DNA of 64,000 nt from Rhizaria sp. SCN 62-66. Lineage: Eukaryota. A program made the position numbers and the translations under genes. Location: positions 1 to 64,000 of the forward strand of contig MEDY01000114.1 of assembly GCA_001724265.1 (NCBI GenBank). The letters are read 5' to 3'. Below the pieces are notes generated by a model, which did no database searches, was not told where the DNA came from, and saw only the letters and a list, made by a program, of their open reading frames with translations. Below, piece by piece: positions 10,601 to 24,000 of this stretch (the first letter of the stretch is position 1; the number at the start of each line of letters is the position of its first letter).

Positions 10601-13600
10601 AGTGCGCAGGCAGCGGCACATGTGCGCAGCGCGCGGACAGCATCAGCGTCAACGCAGACTCCGACTCTGACTGGTCGTGGGCAGTGAGCTTAGCGTCGAT
10701 CTTAACAAAGGCCAGCGAGGGCGCGCCGCGGGTCACAACAACGGCGACGCCGGGGCAGCGCGCGCGCACCACACGCACGGTGGCTGCGGCGTGTGCACGC
10801 GCGGCGCTGAAGCCCGCGCGCGCTCCCGCGGCTGCGACGGCAGCGCGCGCAGCGGCGGCCCAGGCGTCGGCTGCGGGCGTGCTGTGGTGGTCACACGCGG
10901 AGGACACAAAGGCGCAGGTCTGTGCACGCGCGCGACGGGGCGCGGCGTGCGCAAGAGCGCGTGACAGCGACTGCGCTTGAGAGTGACTGTGAGCAGCAGA
11001 CGCAGTGGCAGCGGGGTGGCTGTGGGTAGCGACGGGGGAGAATGGGAGCGTAAAGGTGGGCACTGGCGCAGCGAGCGGCGAGCTGCTGGTGTTGTTGTTA
11101 TTGTTGTTGCTGCTGTTCGCGTTCAGAGCAGGGCTGACAAACTCCGGCGCGGTGAGCGTGAGCGTCGATGTGAGCGGGTCAAACACAACGGCGATGTTTA
11201 CAGCACCCGCAATCAAAACACTGTTGTCATTATCAACACTGTCCGATGTAGGGGCGTCGGTGGTGTTCTTGCGGTCGATGGTGGCAAGACACGGGAGCAG
11301 TGTGAGAGCGGGGAGGCCGGCGCCAACAGCAAGCATCACAGGATCGACTAAGTGGCTCTCTGACTGACCCTTGGGCAAGACCGAGTGCTCAAACACGGTG
11401 CCTAGCGTCACTGTCGCAGCGACACTGCGCACAGCAGGGCTGGGAGATAATGCGTACGAGTGAGCGTCGTCATTGTGGCAGTTGGTGGCGTCGACAACGG
11501 TCGCAAGCGCGAATGGCAGGCCAGTCGCCAACGCTGCACCCGCCGCCGGAGCCACTACACCGCCCTTGTTGCCGCTAGCAGCGCTGCTGTTAGCGGCGGC
11601 AAGCGCGGCGTCAACGGCGTGGTGCAGCGGTAACACCGACGCGCCAATGCGCTCAGCACTGGTCCCAAAGAAGGGCGCCTCGTACAGCGCGAGTGCAAGC
11701 GGCGCAGTGTGAAGCACGTAAACGAGCCCGTGCACTGCACCCGTGATGCACGAGAAGAAGTCAACCCGCGGACTGACTGCTGTATCGCCCTGGCTGCGGA
11801 TTTCCGGGGGCGCCACGGAGAACACCCCGGAGTCGGCAAACCCGGGCCCGCGGAGGAGGTCCCGCGGCGGCGCGAGCGCGGTGGCGACCAGCCCGACGGC
11901 GCGGCACGCGGGGCGGCGGTACAGGCCCCAGTCGCTAACGCCTAGCCCGGGCCGGCCGGCGAGCGACAGAGCCTGCTGGCCGCCGCCGCCACCGCCGCGG
12001 CCGCTGCTGCCGCTGCTGCTCGCTGCCGTTGTGGAGTCGAGTTTAAAGTCGGCGAGACTGCTAGCACCATCACCAGCGTTGGTATTCGTGTCATTGTTGC
12101 TGCCACTGAGGCTCTCGCTGCTATTGGTGCCAACGCTGTCGCTGTTATTGGCAACCGTGGGCGTAAACGAGGGCGGGTCGAGCAGTGCGGCCGTGGTGGC
12201 CGCGTGCGTGCGGAAGGCGTAGAGCACGAGCGGCTCAGAGTCGACGGCCGCTGTGCGCTCGTCGGAAGTTAAGCCGCGCAGGGTCACCGCGACGGGGGAC
12301 GCCAGTGCAGTGCCCGTTACATCAGTGGCAGCAGGGATGTGCGTGGAGCTAGAGGTAGACGCAGGGCGCAGAGCGCGGGGACGACTAAAAGAAAGAATTA
12401 AAGCGGAACAAATTGAGTGAGCGAGAGCAAAGAAATATGGTCATTCGTAGTCCAGACGATGATGCAGAGTTGTGTTGATATTGTTGCTCAGCCTACCTGT
12501 TGCGTTGCATCTACATGCCGTTGTTGCTGGAGTTAGTGCCGGCAACAGGCGCTGCGCGGAGCACTGTCGGCCCATTGCCTTGCGCGTCGCCGGCAGCGCC
12601 ACCGAGCCTGGCGTTGAGCCTGGGCGCGGGCAGCAGCTCCCCGAAGACGGGCTCCGAGGCCTGCTTGCCCGCCTGCCGCTGCCGGAGCATCATGCGCGCC
12701 GCCGCAGCGGCCTCGCGCTTCGCCGCAGCCTCCTCATCCTCGGCGTCGTCCTGCTCAGCGGCGCCGGCGTCTCCGCGCTGCGCTTTGGCAGCGGCGCGGG
12801 CGGCGCGCGCGGCCGCGACGGGGTCCAGCGCGGCTTCGGCGTCAAAGTCGTGCTCATCAGCCTCCTCCACGCTGCGCGCCGCGATGGCGGGCGGCGGCAG
12901 CGCGATGCCCGCGCCCGCAAAGGCCTCGGCGAGCTTCTGCTGCAACGCGTTGTCGTACGAGTCGAACGACAGAATGCCCTATTCAAAGACAAAGAAAAAC
13001 ACGACGGTACAAACATGAAACATGTTGTTTTAAAATTAAAATTTAATGTACAAGGACAGTTTAGTGATGCAATTTGTGAAGATTAGGGGTTTCTTCATAG
13101 TCGTACCTGAAGCACCGTAGGCAGGGGGTCCAGCGGGTTTGCGTGGAGGTGCCGGGCCGTCTGCACAAGCTCACGCGTGGAGTACGGGTAAGACACAGTG
13201 CCCTGCTCGTTCAGTGCGCGCAGCGCCGCAAAGGCGCGCACGAGGCGGTCGAGCGTATCCTGCGGCAGCGAGGGCGCGTAGGCCTTGAGCAGCGCGGCCT
13301 CGGACGCGGGATCGGGGTTGTCCACGACGTGGCACGCAAAGCAGTCGCCCATCTCGGCGTAGAAGTCGTTGCCCAGGAATGGGTACCCGGGCGGATTGGC
13401 CAGCGCGATCACCTGGAAGCCGCGGTGCACGCGGTACACGCGGCCCGCCGCCGCGTCGCCCGCGGGCGACGACGAGTCGCGGCTGCCCGCGGGCGCCGCG
13501 GCGGCCGTGGGCGCGGCCGCGGCGTCCTCCGCGGTGGCCCAGAGCGGGGAGCGCTCGGTGACAAAGCGGCGGCCGTCGCCGAGCAAGATCTCGCCGTCCT

Positions 13601-16600
13601 CGAGGAGAGACTTGAGCACGCACACGACCTCGGTGGGCGCCTTGTCGACCTCGTCAACCATGAGCACCGAGCCCTGGCGCAGCGCGCGTACGAGCGGCGA
13701 GTCGGCCCACACAACGACGCCGCGGTCCAGCGCGGGCGCGAGCGTGAGCGACTGCACGGTCGAGTCGCGGTGCAGCTGCGTGTACTCGCGCTCGCGCCGC
13801 AGCAGCTGCAGCAACCGATCAGAGAGCTTGTTCTTGCCCACGCCCTGCACGCCGATCAGCAGCAACGGCTCGCGCAGGACGGAGAAGTCTTGCAGCATGT
13901 CGCGCAGTACGGCCACGTGCCGTGGGATGTCGAAGAAGACGACTTCCGGGACTAACTCTGGCTGCGTCGGCCAGTGGCGCCGCGCGCTCACGTCACCGAT
14001 GCTCACTGTGTCCGCCGTCAGAACGATTTTCAGCGGCGCAGTGCTCGTCTTCGCGCCGCTCGCGGACGGCTTAAGTTCAGCGCGTACCACAGCGTCAGGA
14101 CTGACGCTGTCCATAACGCTATTGCCGCTGCTGGCAGCGTCAGCGCTTGCGACTTCGCTCTCGTCGCTGTCCGGCGTGACGCCCAGCCCCGCCAGCGTCG
14201 CCACAAGCAGCTCCCGCTTCGCGGCCGGCGTGAAGCGGAACATGCACACGCGCGCCAGCGTGTCGAACAGCCGCCCCGGAAACGCCGCGGCGCGCTTGGC
14301 GGCGCGCACGAGCTGCCGCAGCGACACTGGGTCCTGCAGCTTCACCAGCGGGTCCGCGGCCAGCTCGTGCACGCGCACGGCGAAGGCCTCAAGCCGCAGC
14401 AGCGTCGCGGGCGGGCAGTGCGGCACGATGGAGCGCAGCAGCGCCGCCACGCGCGGGGGCGCCGCGCCCCACAGCCACGCCGCGCCGGCGTAGCGCGCCG
14501 CCAGCGCGGCGGCCACGGGGTCGGCCTCGGCGTCCTTGCCGGCGGATGCCAGCCCAAGCGCGGCGTTGCGCTCCTTCTCGGCAGCCTGCGTCTGCGCGGC
14601 GATGAGCGCGAGTTCGAGCGCCTCCTCCGACGGCGGTGCAGTGGCCGTGGTGCCGGCGAGCAGCGCGTAGGGCACGAAGGCGAAGTAGCCCGTGACGTCG
14701 TGCGTCAGCCACGGCGCTGTGCGCGACGGCGGGGCCGCCAGCGCGAGCACGCGGAAGCTGGGCGCGATCGCGAACACGCCGCGCGCGTTAAGCTCCGCGG
14801 CCGACACGTCCAGCCGGCGACGGAGCGCGTGGAAGCGGTCCCAGCGCACGAAGCGCGTGCGGTCGAACAGCGCGACCTCGCGGTCCTCCAGCAGTCGGCC
14901 CAGTGCGGCGAGCGTGCCGGGCGACAGGCGGTGCACGCCGTCCAGCACGACGAGGCGGCCGCGGCGCAGCGCGGTAACCAGCGGAGAATCCAGCCAGACG
15001 GTTTCGCCGGCGGGGGACGTGGAGCGGCGCTGCAGCAGGTCGCGCGCGGACATGTCTTTGTACAGGAACATCGTCTCCACGGGCGCGAAGCCCAGCGCGC
15101 GGGCGAAAAGTGCGGCCAGGTAGGACTTGCCCTCGCCCTTGGTGCCAACGAGACAGAGGTCGCGGCCGAGCGCGTGCAGCCGCAGCAGCGACGCGAGCGC
15201 CAGCCGCTGCAGCCGGCCGCCCGCGAGCGACAACGCAGACTGCTGCGGGTCGCGGTCGGCCGACGCGAAGGGCGCAGGCCACGGGGCCGCGGACAGGCCG
15301 GCGCCGGCGAGCGCGGACACCATCACGCTGCCGTGAGCGCTTGACTCTGCTGCAGAGTTGTCGGCGTTCGCGCGGTTGAGAATCGCATTCGCGCTGCCGG
15401 CGCTGTTTTCGTTGAGGTACGCGGGCACAAAGGTGACCGTGAGCACGGTGCCCTCGGTGGCGTCCGTGGACGCAGCCAGCAGCCGGCCCAGTTCGTCCTC
15501 GCCGTCGCAGTCCGCGAGCGCCAGCGGCCCCGCAGACTCGGCGACAGAAGAGGCAGAAGCAGCAGAAGCGGCAGCAGTTGCAGAGTCTTCGGCGGCGGCG
15601 CAGGGCACGATCGGCTGGAAGGCCGGGCAGGCGCCAGCGGTCACGCCCGACAGCGCCAGCTTCCGCCAGCCCTCGACACTCCCGTTAGCCGCACCCACAG
15701 TCGCGGTGGCCGCTGCAGTCGGCGCGGTGACTGAGGGCAGAGCAAGGCGCGGCGGCGCGAAAGTGGCCGCGAGTCCATGTGGCGTGGCGAAAGGCGCTAC
15801 GCTCACACCGACAACGTCATACTGCTCGCAAACAATGCTGGAGCTCACGATCGCCGCGGAATTCCCATTCGCAGTCTTCACATCACTGTGATTGCTCTTC
15901 ACGTTGATATTGTTGGCATTGTCGCGCTGCCACTGCGTCTTGGCGAGCCTTGCGGCCTCGGCCTCGACGACGGCGACGGCCTCGGCATCGGTGACCGTGA
16001 GCGTCCACGGGTATCCGGCGTGCAGCGCCGCGGGCAGCGACAAGCGCGGAAACACGGCGGCGCCCGCGGCCGCAAGCAGCAGCGCGGGCAACGACGGCAG
16101 CGGCAGGTGCGAGTACGCCAAGTGCGACGCCGACACGCCGGCGGCCGTCGCGGCGCGCGCCGTAACCGCCGACAGCGCGCCGACAAAGCGGACCAGCGCC
16201 AGGGCCACCCAGCTCGCGCGCGCGCAGTCGCGGCACGGTGCAGCCGCGGCAGTCGCCGCAGATGGCGGCGGCAACAACAGCAGCGCATGCGGCAGCGGCG
16301 CGCACTTACACACCGTCGTCTCCGCTGTCAAAGTGCGGAGAGCATGCTTGTAGGCCGTGTAGAGCAGCGCGGTGAGCGCGCGTGGGGGCGGGAGGTCGAC
16401 GCGGCGGCCCTGAAAGCGCGACCGCAGCGGCGGGTCCAGCGGGTTGCCCGGGAACGGCGGCGCGGGGGCACCGATGGCGATGACGCGGAAGCGCGGGTGC
16501 GTGGGGACGAGCCGTCCCGCCAGCGCGGCCGCGGCGGCGGCGTCTTCGCTGCTTTCTGCGTCGGTATCGGTATTACTCGCGCTGTTGGCGACAGACAAAC

Positions 16601-17582
16601 CGGCGGCAGAGGCGAGTTTGGCCAGCCGAGTCTGCGCAGCAGCTGTGCTGCTATCGTTGGCCTGAGCCTGGGCTGCGGCTGCCTTGGCCGCGGCCTTACT
16701 CTTCTGCTGCTGCGCGTGGGCTTTGAGAATGCTTTGATAGCGCGCGGGCGCGACGAGGAAGCGGCCATCTTCGAGCTGCATCTCGCGGTTCTCCAGCAGG
16801 TTGTTGAGGATCGGCAGCACGTTGCGCTCAGCGCGCTCCATGCCTTCCAGCACGAGTAGGCGCCCGCGCAGCGCCGCAGCGACAACGGGCGAGTCCGAGA
16901 ACACGGAGCTGCCGCCGGCGACAAGCTCGCGGCGCTGCTTAAGGTCACCCTCGGTGGTGTCGCGCGTCAGCGCCACGTACTCGACCTCGCGGCCGGTAAG
17001 CGCGGCGAAGTGCACGGCGAGCCAGCGGCGCTGCGGGCCCGTGCCCAGCAGGAAGGCGTCGTTGCCCAGCGCGTCCTTCTGCAGCAGCCAGCGCAGGTGC
17101 GCGGCGGCCCACGCATCGTGCGGGGCCGCTGCGGCCAACAGCGCGGCCAGGTCGGGTCGCCGCAGTGTCGCGGTCCTCAGCACTGGGTCCACGACGCGGG
17201 TGACGCGGGTGAGCGCGGCGGGCGAGAAGGCGGCTGCAGGGCACTGGCCCAGCGCCGGGAACGGGACGGAGAAGTGTGAGGTGCGCGGCGCACGAGCCAG
17301 CGCGTCTGCGTCTGCGTCTTCGACAGCGCTAGAGTCGGGCTCGTCGCTGCTGCTACTGCTGGTGCTGTCGTGGATGTGTTGCTGGGCGTTGAGGGCTGCG
17401 AGAGAGCAGAACACAGCGTTCAGGGCGCCAATGGGCACCAGTTCAGGCGCCGCAGGGTGTTCTAGCTGCTGGAAGTCCTGTGATGCAATGGTCGCTTCCT
17501 TCGACGCCGCGGCAGGCGGCGGCGCAGATCCGGACGTCTGTTTTGGAATCACCACCAACTGCCTGGCTGGCTGGGATGACAT
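7605..17582 (-). CDS. VWA8: VWA8 (tandem MoxR/dynein-like AAA+ modules plus C-terminal vWA domain), ~3,245 aa; exons 17582-13107, 12978-12497, 12384-7605
   Basis: EYVALTRDTTEGDLKQRREL, VLEGMERAERNVLPILNNLLENREMQLEDGRFL, Walker A GTKGEGKS and GVQGVGKN, YPYSTRELV, WLKNQTFGELDENRLVDGATG, KPKRLRFVLDISQSM (MIDAS DxSxS), FLLSDANLERYGI. Two frame-preserving introns; TAA stop. Confidence 0.93.
8798..8898 (-). repeat. GGN-rich trinucleotide tract encoding poly-Gly in VWA8
   Basis: Imperfect (CCG/CCA)n on the + strand; translation GEGGGGGGGGGADGGGG... Confidence 0.85.
12385..12496 (-). other. Spliceosomal intron 2 (VWA8), 112 nt
   Basis: AG|GTAGGC...tttcttttAG|T, phase 2, restores the frame of the 12287 ORF. 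An alternative in-phase donor AT|GTAGAT lies at 12514. Confidence 0.7.
12511..12513 (-). other. In-frame TAG in VWA8 exon 2 (ambiguous)
   Basis: GGC ATG TAG ATG CAA CGC (GM*MQR). Exonic if donor 12496 is used, intronic if donor 12514 is used. Confidence 0.5.
12979..13106 (-). other. Spliceosomal intron 1 (VWA8), 128 nt
   Basis: CAG|GTACGA...ctttgaatAG|GGC, phase 0; splice gives VLQ-GILSFDSYD, resembling the VWA8 FDFDSY motif. Confidence 0.9.
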
Positions 17583-18015
17583 TCCTGCGGGTTATGTCAC
17601 AAGTGAAATAAATTTTGTTGAGCTTGTAAAGAAATAAACGGATAATTTACGACACTTGGTTGGAAATACTGTTGACGGTTTGTATGCATCGTAGTTCAAG
17701 TGTGACGAGAAGGGCGAATCGTGCGACTCGTCTCCGCGCCTCGCCCGCTCTCTTCTACGACAGCCTGGCAGAATTTGTGAGAGATATGTCGCACTGTAAT
17801 GATCGTCGTTGCGCCTAAAACCTAGGTATCATTTTTTAGAAGACACATTCTTTATTTAACTCTAATTAAACTAGATACGACACTGTCTAACCCAGCGTAC
17901 ATCTTTCATGTTTGCTCCTCACCACAACACAGGTTCTGAAGCAACAGATTTTCACCTTCGTTGCGATCTCAGGTCGATATCCAAGCTCGGTTCGCCGCCC
18001 CAGCCTTTTTGCACG

Positions 18016-21000
18016 ATGAGTTCCGCAACGTCCTCATCGTCCCAGGCGCTGGGCCGCTTTCACGATCTGATGGTCGCGTACCGCGACACAACTGACGTGA
18101 GTACCGCGCAGAGTGTCCTGCGCACCATCGCCGAAGTGTCGCTCACGCAGCACCCGGCGCTGTTCCGCGACTTGTACCTCACGCATGTTATTTCCGATAG
18201 GCACAGCATTGTTAACACGACGCTGCGCTCCAAGATTGCTATCTCCCCGCTCATCGTTGACGTCACGCGCCTGCTGCTGCGCATCGTCAACGCTTTCACC
18301 GGCGGCTCAGGCAGCGGTTCCGGCTCCAGCAGCGGCAGCAGTACCGGCGCCAACAGCGCCACGGCGGCCGAGCTGCTGCCGTTTCTGCCTCGCCTTGACG
18401 CCTACGCGTCCCAAATCGCGTCCATGAAGCCGTCGTCGTCGACGCAGCGCCAGGACGCGCTGAAGCTGCTCTAGGCCCTGCGCGCCACCGGGCTCAGCTG
18501 GACCCCAGAGGCGCCGCACCTCGCCCCACCAGCGCTGCTCTCGCGCCTGCTGCTGGACCTGGACGCATCGCGCCGGTCCGTGGCCGAGCGCACGACGTGC
18601 GCGGCGCTGTTCCGCGTGATCGGCGCCCTCGCGCGCGCGCACCCAGCGGCCATGGCGCAGGATGGCCGCGCGCAGACCTACTTCGCCACCGCGGTCACTG
18701 AGCTCGTCAACGCGCACAAGCGCGACGCCTCGGGTGTTGGCGAGCGCGCGCTGTTCGAGGGCATCCTGCGCGGCGTCGGCTCGTTTCTAGCCGAATTCCC
18801 TGAAGTGCTGCAAAACACGGCCTCGGTCGACTTGGCCGGCGGCCGCGCCGCGCTTTCGGTCGCCCCGCCGCGCAACTACTCCAACAGCAACCAGAGTAGC
18901 AGCATTGCAGCCCAGCAGCAGCATCAGCGTGACGCGGCGTCCGAGGCTGCGACCGCGGCCGTGGTGACTGCGTTCGTGCAGCTCAACAGCTGCAACCCCG
19001 CTCTGGGCTTCACCATCGACGACGGCTCCTCCGCGGACGCGTCGGCACAGGCGCAGGCGCTGAACCCCGCCGCGGCGGGCACGCGCGTGAACCCCCGCGC
19101 GCTGCTGCTCAAGTCGGCCGCGATGCTCATCCACGTCGTGCGCGTGGGCACGGGCAGCGGCAAGGTGTTCCGCTACGAGCCCATCATCGTGGCCGCCCAA
19201 TTCATCGCGCGCCACGCCGCGCTCATGCCGCAGGAGACTGTCTCGCACTTCTCCGTGCTGACAGGCGAGCTGGAGGAAGTCGTTGTCTGCCGCTACGCGG
19301 ACGCGCGCACCGCGGCCACCATCGCGCTCGAGGCGCTGCTGCACCAGTACTCTCAGTCCGCGCTCGCAGCCTGGACCGCGGCCCGCGGCTCCGGCTTTGG
19401 CTCGAGCTCTAGCGCATCCGCCGCTGCCGCCGCAACCAGCGGCCACGCTGCCGGCGGAAGCGCGGCGTCCGCGAGCGCGGTGCAGGCCGAGGTGGATGCC
19501 AAGGTGCTGCACTACCGCCGCGAGTTGCGCGACGCGACGCGGCGCCTGGCCGAGGGCACCGCGGCGCCCGCACCCTTCGTGCTCACGGCCCCCGCGGCCG
19601 CCGCCGTCTCCGCGGCCGCCACGGCAGGTGCGAGCGCGGTGGCGAGCGCGGCCGCGGCGGCGACATCGTCGAGCGTGCACGCGTCGGTGTCGGAGCTGCT
19701 GCACAGCGCTTCCGTGGCCACACGCGCGCTCGGCCAGCTGGCCAAGGTGCTCGTGGCCATGCGCGGCGCCGCGCTCGGCGAGCTGCTGCTGCAAGACCTC
19801 GAGTCGGCCGCCGAGGCAGTATTCTTCGGCTCGCCGCAGACAGCGGATCTGGCAGCGGGCCACTTCGCTGCGTATTTCCGCGCGTTCTCGCTGGTGTTGC
19901 TGTCGCTGCCCAGCGTGGAGCAGCGCCACTGCGAGTTCGTTGCGCGCCTCGTCTTCCGCTTCGTCACACTGTTCCCCGCCATCACGTCCCTGCGGCGCCG
20001 CGCGGTCGAGTCCCTGCTGGGCCTGCTCGCCGTGCTGGCCGGCAACGAGGCGTTGCTCGCGCTCGTCCTCGACCGCGTGGTCCCCCTCGCTTTCCTGCGC
20101 GCCACCGTCTCGCGCACAGACGCACAGGCCTTGTTCACGCCCGGCGGCGGCGGCGAGTCGCAGGACGCCAACATCATGGCCGCGGGCCTGGGCGGCGCGC
20201 AGCAGGGCGAGGACGGCGCCGTGGTGCCCCGCACGCTGCCCTCCGCGGCCTCGCGCCTCATCTCTGCGCTCACCCGGTCCAGCGCTATCGCGGCCAACGC
20301 CGACGCTAGCGGTGCGGGCGCCGACGGTAGCGACGGGGGCGACCTGGGCGGCGACAGCGGCGGCGGCGTGGCCTCCGCGGCTGCCGCGGCGCTGTGGTTT
20401 GCTCCTGCCGCCTCGGCGGCGTACCGGCGCTTCGTGCCTTACAGCGCCAACACGCGGCCTTACGCGGCGTACGTCGACCTCTGGCTCTCGCTGCTGACTG
20501 GGCGCGACGACCGCGGGTACACGTACCGGTGGTCCGAGGGGCTGATGCTGTCGCCCGAGACGGCGGCGCAGCTGGTGCGGGCCGCGCAGCAGCGTGTGTT
20601 CGATGCCATGCTCTCCGTGTGGACGCAAACGGTGCCCAGTCTCGAGCTCGCCCTCGTGGTGGTCGACGAGGAGAGCCAGGCCACGCTGGAGCTCAGTCAA
20701 GCCGTTGCGGCGCGCGGGGCAGACGGTCAATACCAGCCGGGGTCGACGCAGGGCGCGCTCTCGGCTAGCAGCAGCTTCTCGTTCAACAACGGCAACAACG
20801 GCGCATCGCTCGCCGCCGCAGCCGCTGTATCCACTATCATCACTAACTCCAGCTCCGGCTCAAGCTCTGGTTCAGCCGGCGGGGACTGGGAGGGCGGCGG
20901 GGCTGCGGGCGTCACCGGTGTCGGCGCCGGCAGCGCTGAGGACGTGTCGTGTTTTACTGTTGACCCGCGCAACATCGCGCCACTGTCACCGGCGGACCTG

Positions 21001-24000
21001 TCGATGCTCGCCAATGCGACGGAGTTGCTGTTAGGGCTGCTGCTCGGCGGGCGGCGCGCCGTCGACCGACTCGACGCAGGCACAGCGCGCGCGCCGCAGC
21101 CCGCCGCCGACACCGCGGCCGCCGCGGCCACTGCAATTGCCGACGCCGCCGCCTCCGAGCACCTCGGCAGCGATTGTACCGATGCGAACGGGGAGACCGG
21201 AGCTGTGATGTCTCCACACCGCGCGATGCAGGAGTGGTTCCGGCCGTGGGTGCCGGTTTTCACGGTGCTGCTGGATGGCATGACGCAGCGGCACCCGCTG
21301 CTCGTCGCGCCCCACAGGCTTACTGCGGCGGTGCTCACGGTCGCAGACAGGATCGGCTACTTTAACAGCAACAGCGCCAGTCCCTCTTTAAACAGTCAAC
21401 TGCGCAGCTCGGCCACTGCGCAAAGCCAGCAGCAGCTGGTGCCGCGGGGCGCTGCGCTGATCACCCGCACACAGCCGTCGCTGGCCCCGTCGCCGACGGC
21501 TCTGCTCACAGTCACCGCGTTCGCGCTGCGCTGTCTGCCGCGGCTGCCGCTGCTGTCGCCGCCGCTGCTGTGGGCGCACCTTCTCTCGCTTCTGTCCCTG
21601 CCGCGCGCGGTGGCGGGCCCCGCGGCGCTGCGGCCCGCGGTGGCGGCCGCGCTGGGCCTCGGCCGCACCAAGGCCGCCGCCGCAGTGCTCGCGCTCACGG
21701 TCATCGAGGGCTGGACCGCGCTACCCACCGGCAGCAACGCGCCCGCGGTGTCCACAGCCACGACTGCGGCTGAGCAGGAGGCCGCTGCGGTGACGCTGTC
21801 GTTGCTGCCGCTGTTTCTGCCGTACCTGACGCCCCCGCCCCCGCCGCCGCCCGCCTCGCTGGCGCCGCTGCTGTCCACGCGGCCGCAGTCCGGCTTTACC
21901 ATCCCCGGCGCGCCGCTGCCGGGCGACGACAGCGACGACGACGGCGATGCCACCGCGCTCGCCGACGGCACCGGCGACGGCGGCGGCGCGGACCTCAACG
22001 ACGGCGATGACGATGGCACCGGCGGCTTCGTCCCCGCGCCGCCCGGCACCGCGCCGGGCTCTGCCGCGCTTGCCGCCAGCGCCACCGCCTCAGCCACCGC
22101 GCAATCGACTGTGCGCGCCTCGCTGGCGGAGCGGTACCGCGCCGAAACCGCGCTCTCGCTCGAGGCCGCGGCGCGCGTCGCCGGCGTGGGCTCCGCGGCC
22201 GGCGTCAGCCGCGTCGCTATCGCGCACCGCATGCTCGCCATCATGGGCCGCGCCGGCGCGGGCAGCAGGCTCGTCGTCGCCGGCGCGGGCGCGGGTGCCG
22301 GTGCGACGGGCACGCAAGCGTGGCTGAGCGACGCCGTGGCGGCGCTGTCGGGCGCGGTCACCGCGACCTCCGCCGTCGCCGCGGCGGTTGCGGGCGGCCG
22401 CGGGCTCGTCGCTGGCGCCGGGGGCATGACCGCGGCGGGCGCTGCGGCGGCGGCCGCGCGGTTTGACTCGCTCGCCACGGCGGCCACGGAGCTGCGGCGG
22501 CTGGGCGACGTCACGTTCAACACGGGCGCGGGCGTCGTGCTCGTCGACAACGACGACGACGACGGCAACGCACGCACCCGTGGCGTCGTTATGGACGACG
22601 GAGACGGTGCGGACGCGCACACTGCAGTCGCAGTGCGTGCGCGCATCACTGACATCACTAATCTGAACGAAGACGATGAACACGACGGCGCTGACGACGG
22701 CAATGGTGCTGGCTGCAGCAGTGACGGTCTGCTGGCCGTTGGTTCGCTCGCGGTAGGCGGCCTAACTTTTCTGGGCGGTGGCGGCTTCAACTCTGTCGTC
22801 AACCCCCGCGGAGCCGCTGCAGCCGTTGCCGTCACAAGCGCCGCCGGTGGCGCCGCAGCGACATCTGCAGCTGCAGGCGCAGACGCTGGCGGGGCTGCTG
22901 CGACGGTCCCTGACGCCACGGCTCTCTCTGTGTCGCTGGACGCCGCGGCCGCGCTGTCACCGCGCGTGCCGCTGCCGTTTCCCGCGCACTCGCTGTCTCT
23001 CTCACTGGACGCTGTGACGGGAGCAGTGGCCGCGCTTGCCGAGGCCGCGCCGTCGCGCGCCACGCAGATCGCGGCCGCGGAGGGCCTCCACGCGCTGCTG
23101 CTGCTCGCGCTTGCGCAGGCCGACGCCGCTGAGGCCTCCACCGGGACCGGGCCGAACGCTCCCGTCAAGGGCGCGCGCGCGGCCGCCGTGGCGACGCTGT
23201 TCCCGCTCGCGCTGCGGCTGGCCGTGTCGAGCGAGGGCGTCGTGCGGCAGCTCTTCGCGCCGCTCGTGGGGCAGATCGTGCACTGGGCATGCATCCTCGC
23301 GCTCAGTGTGCAGCCGCGCGGCGCCGCGGCGCAGGCTGCGGCGGCTGCGGCTGCGGCGGAGAGTAGAAGCGAGGGCGGCGCGGGACGGAAGAAGACCAAG
23401 GCCGTCGCGCAGGCGCAGGAGAAGGAGCAGGAGCGGCCGAAGCGCGGGCGCACTGCTGCTGCGGCTGCGCTATCCGCACCTGAAGTCGACGCCACGCACA
23501 GCAACGGCAGCGTGCTCGGTGACGACGAAAACGACGACAACGCCAGCGAATACGACGGCGACGACGACGAGGACGACTACGAAAGCGAGAGTGAGAGTGA
23601 CAGCGACGACGATGACGGCGATAGCAAGCGCGCTGCGAACGGTCAGCGCGGCGCCAACACCGGCGTGCCGCTGTGGGAGCGCGACGCTGTGGACCCCTCG
23701 GCCCCCGGCTTGACCTCCTTCACGCCCGAGCTCACGGTCATCGCTGACGCGTGCTTGGCCGCGCTACTGGCGCCTGCGTCGCCGTCCGCGCTGCGCAGCG
23801 CCGCGGCCGACGCCGTCGCCGAACTCCTGCACTGGGGTTGCGCGCTCACGGCCATTCCCGCCGCCTCCGACGACGCCGACTCCAGCTCAGAGCAACAGCA
23901 ACAGCAGCGCGGGATGCTAGTCGCCGCCGCCACCACCGCGAGCGCGAGCCGTTGCGTGTATTCCCTCTCCGACGCGTTCGCGCCCTACTCGAGCTCGACG

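Noticed and set aside
18300-18474. In-frame TAGs as 3' ends of small introns (e.g. ctgctcTAG)
   Set aside because: Real introns here are AT-rich with GTACG donors; sequence upstream of the TAGs is GC-rich and codon-like, and no in-phase consensus donor was seen (VWA8 site handled separately).
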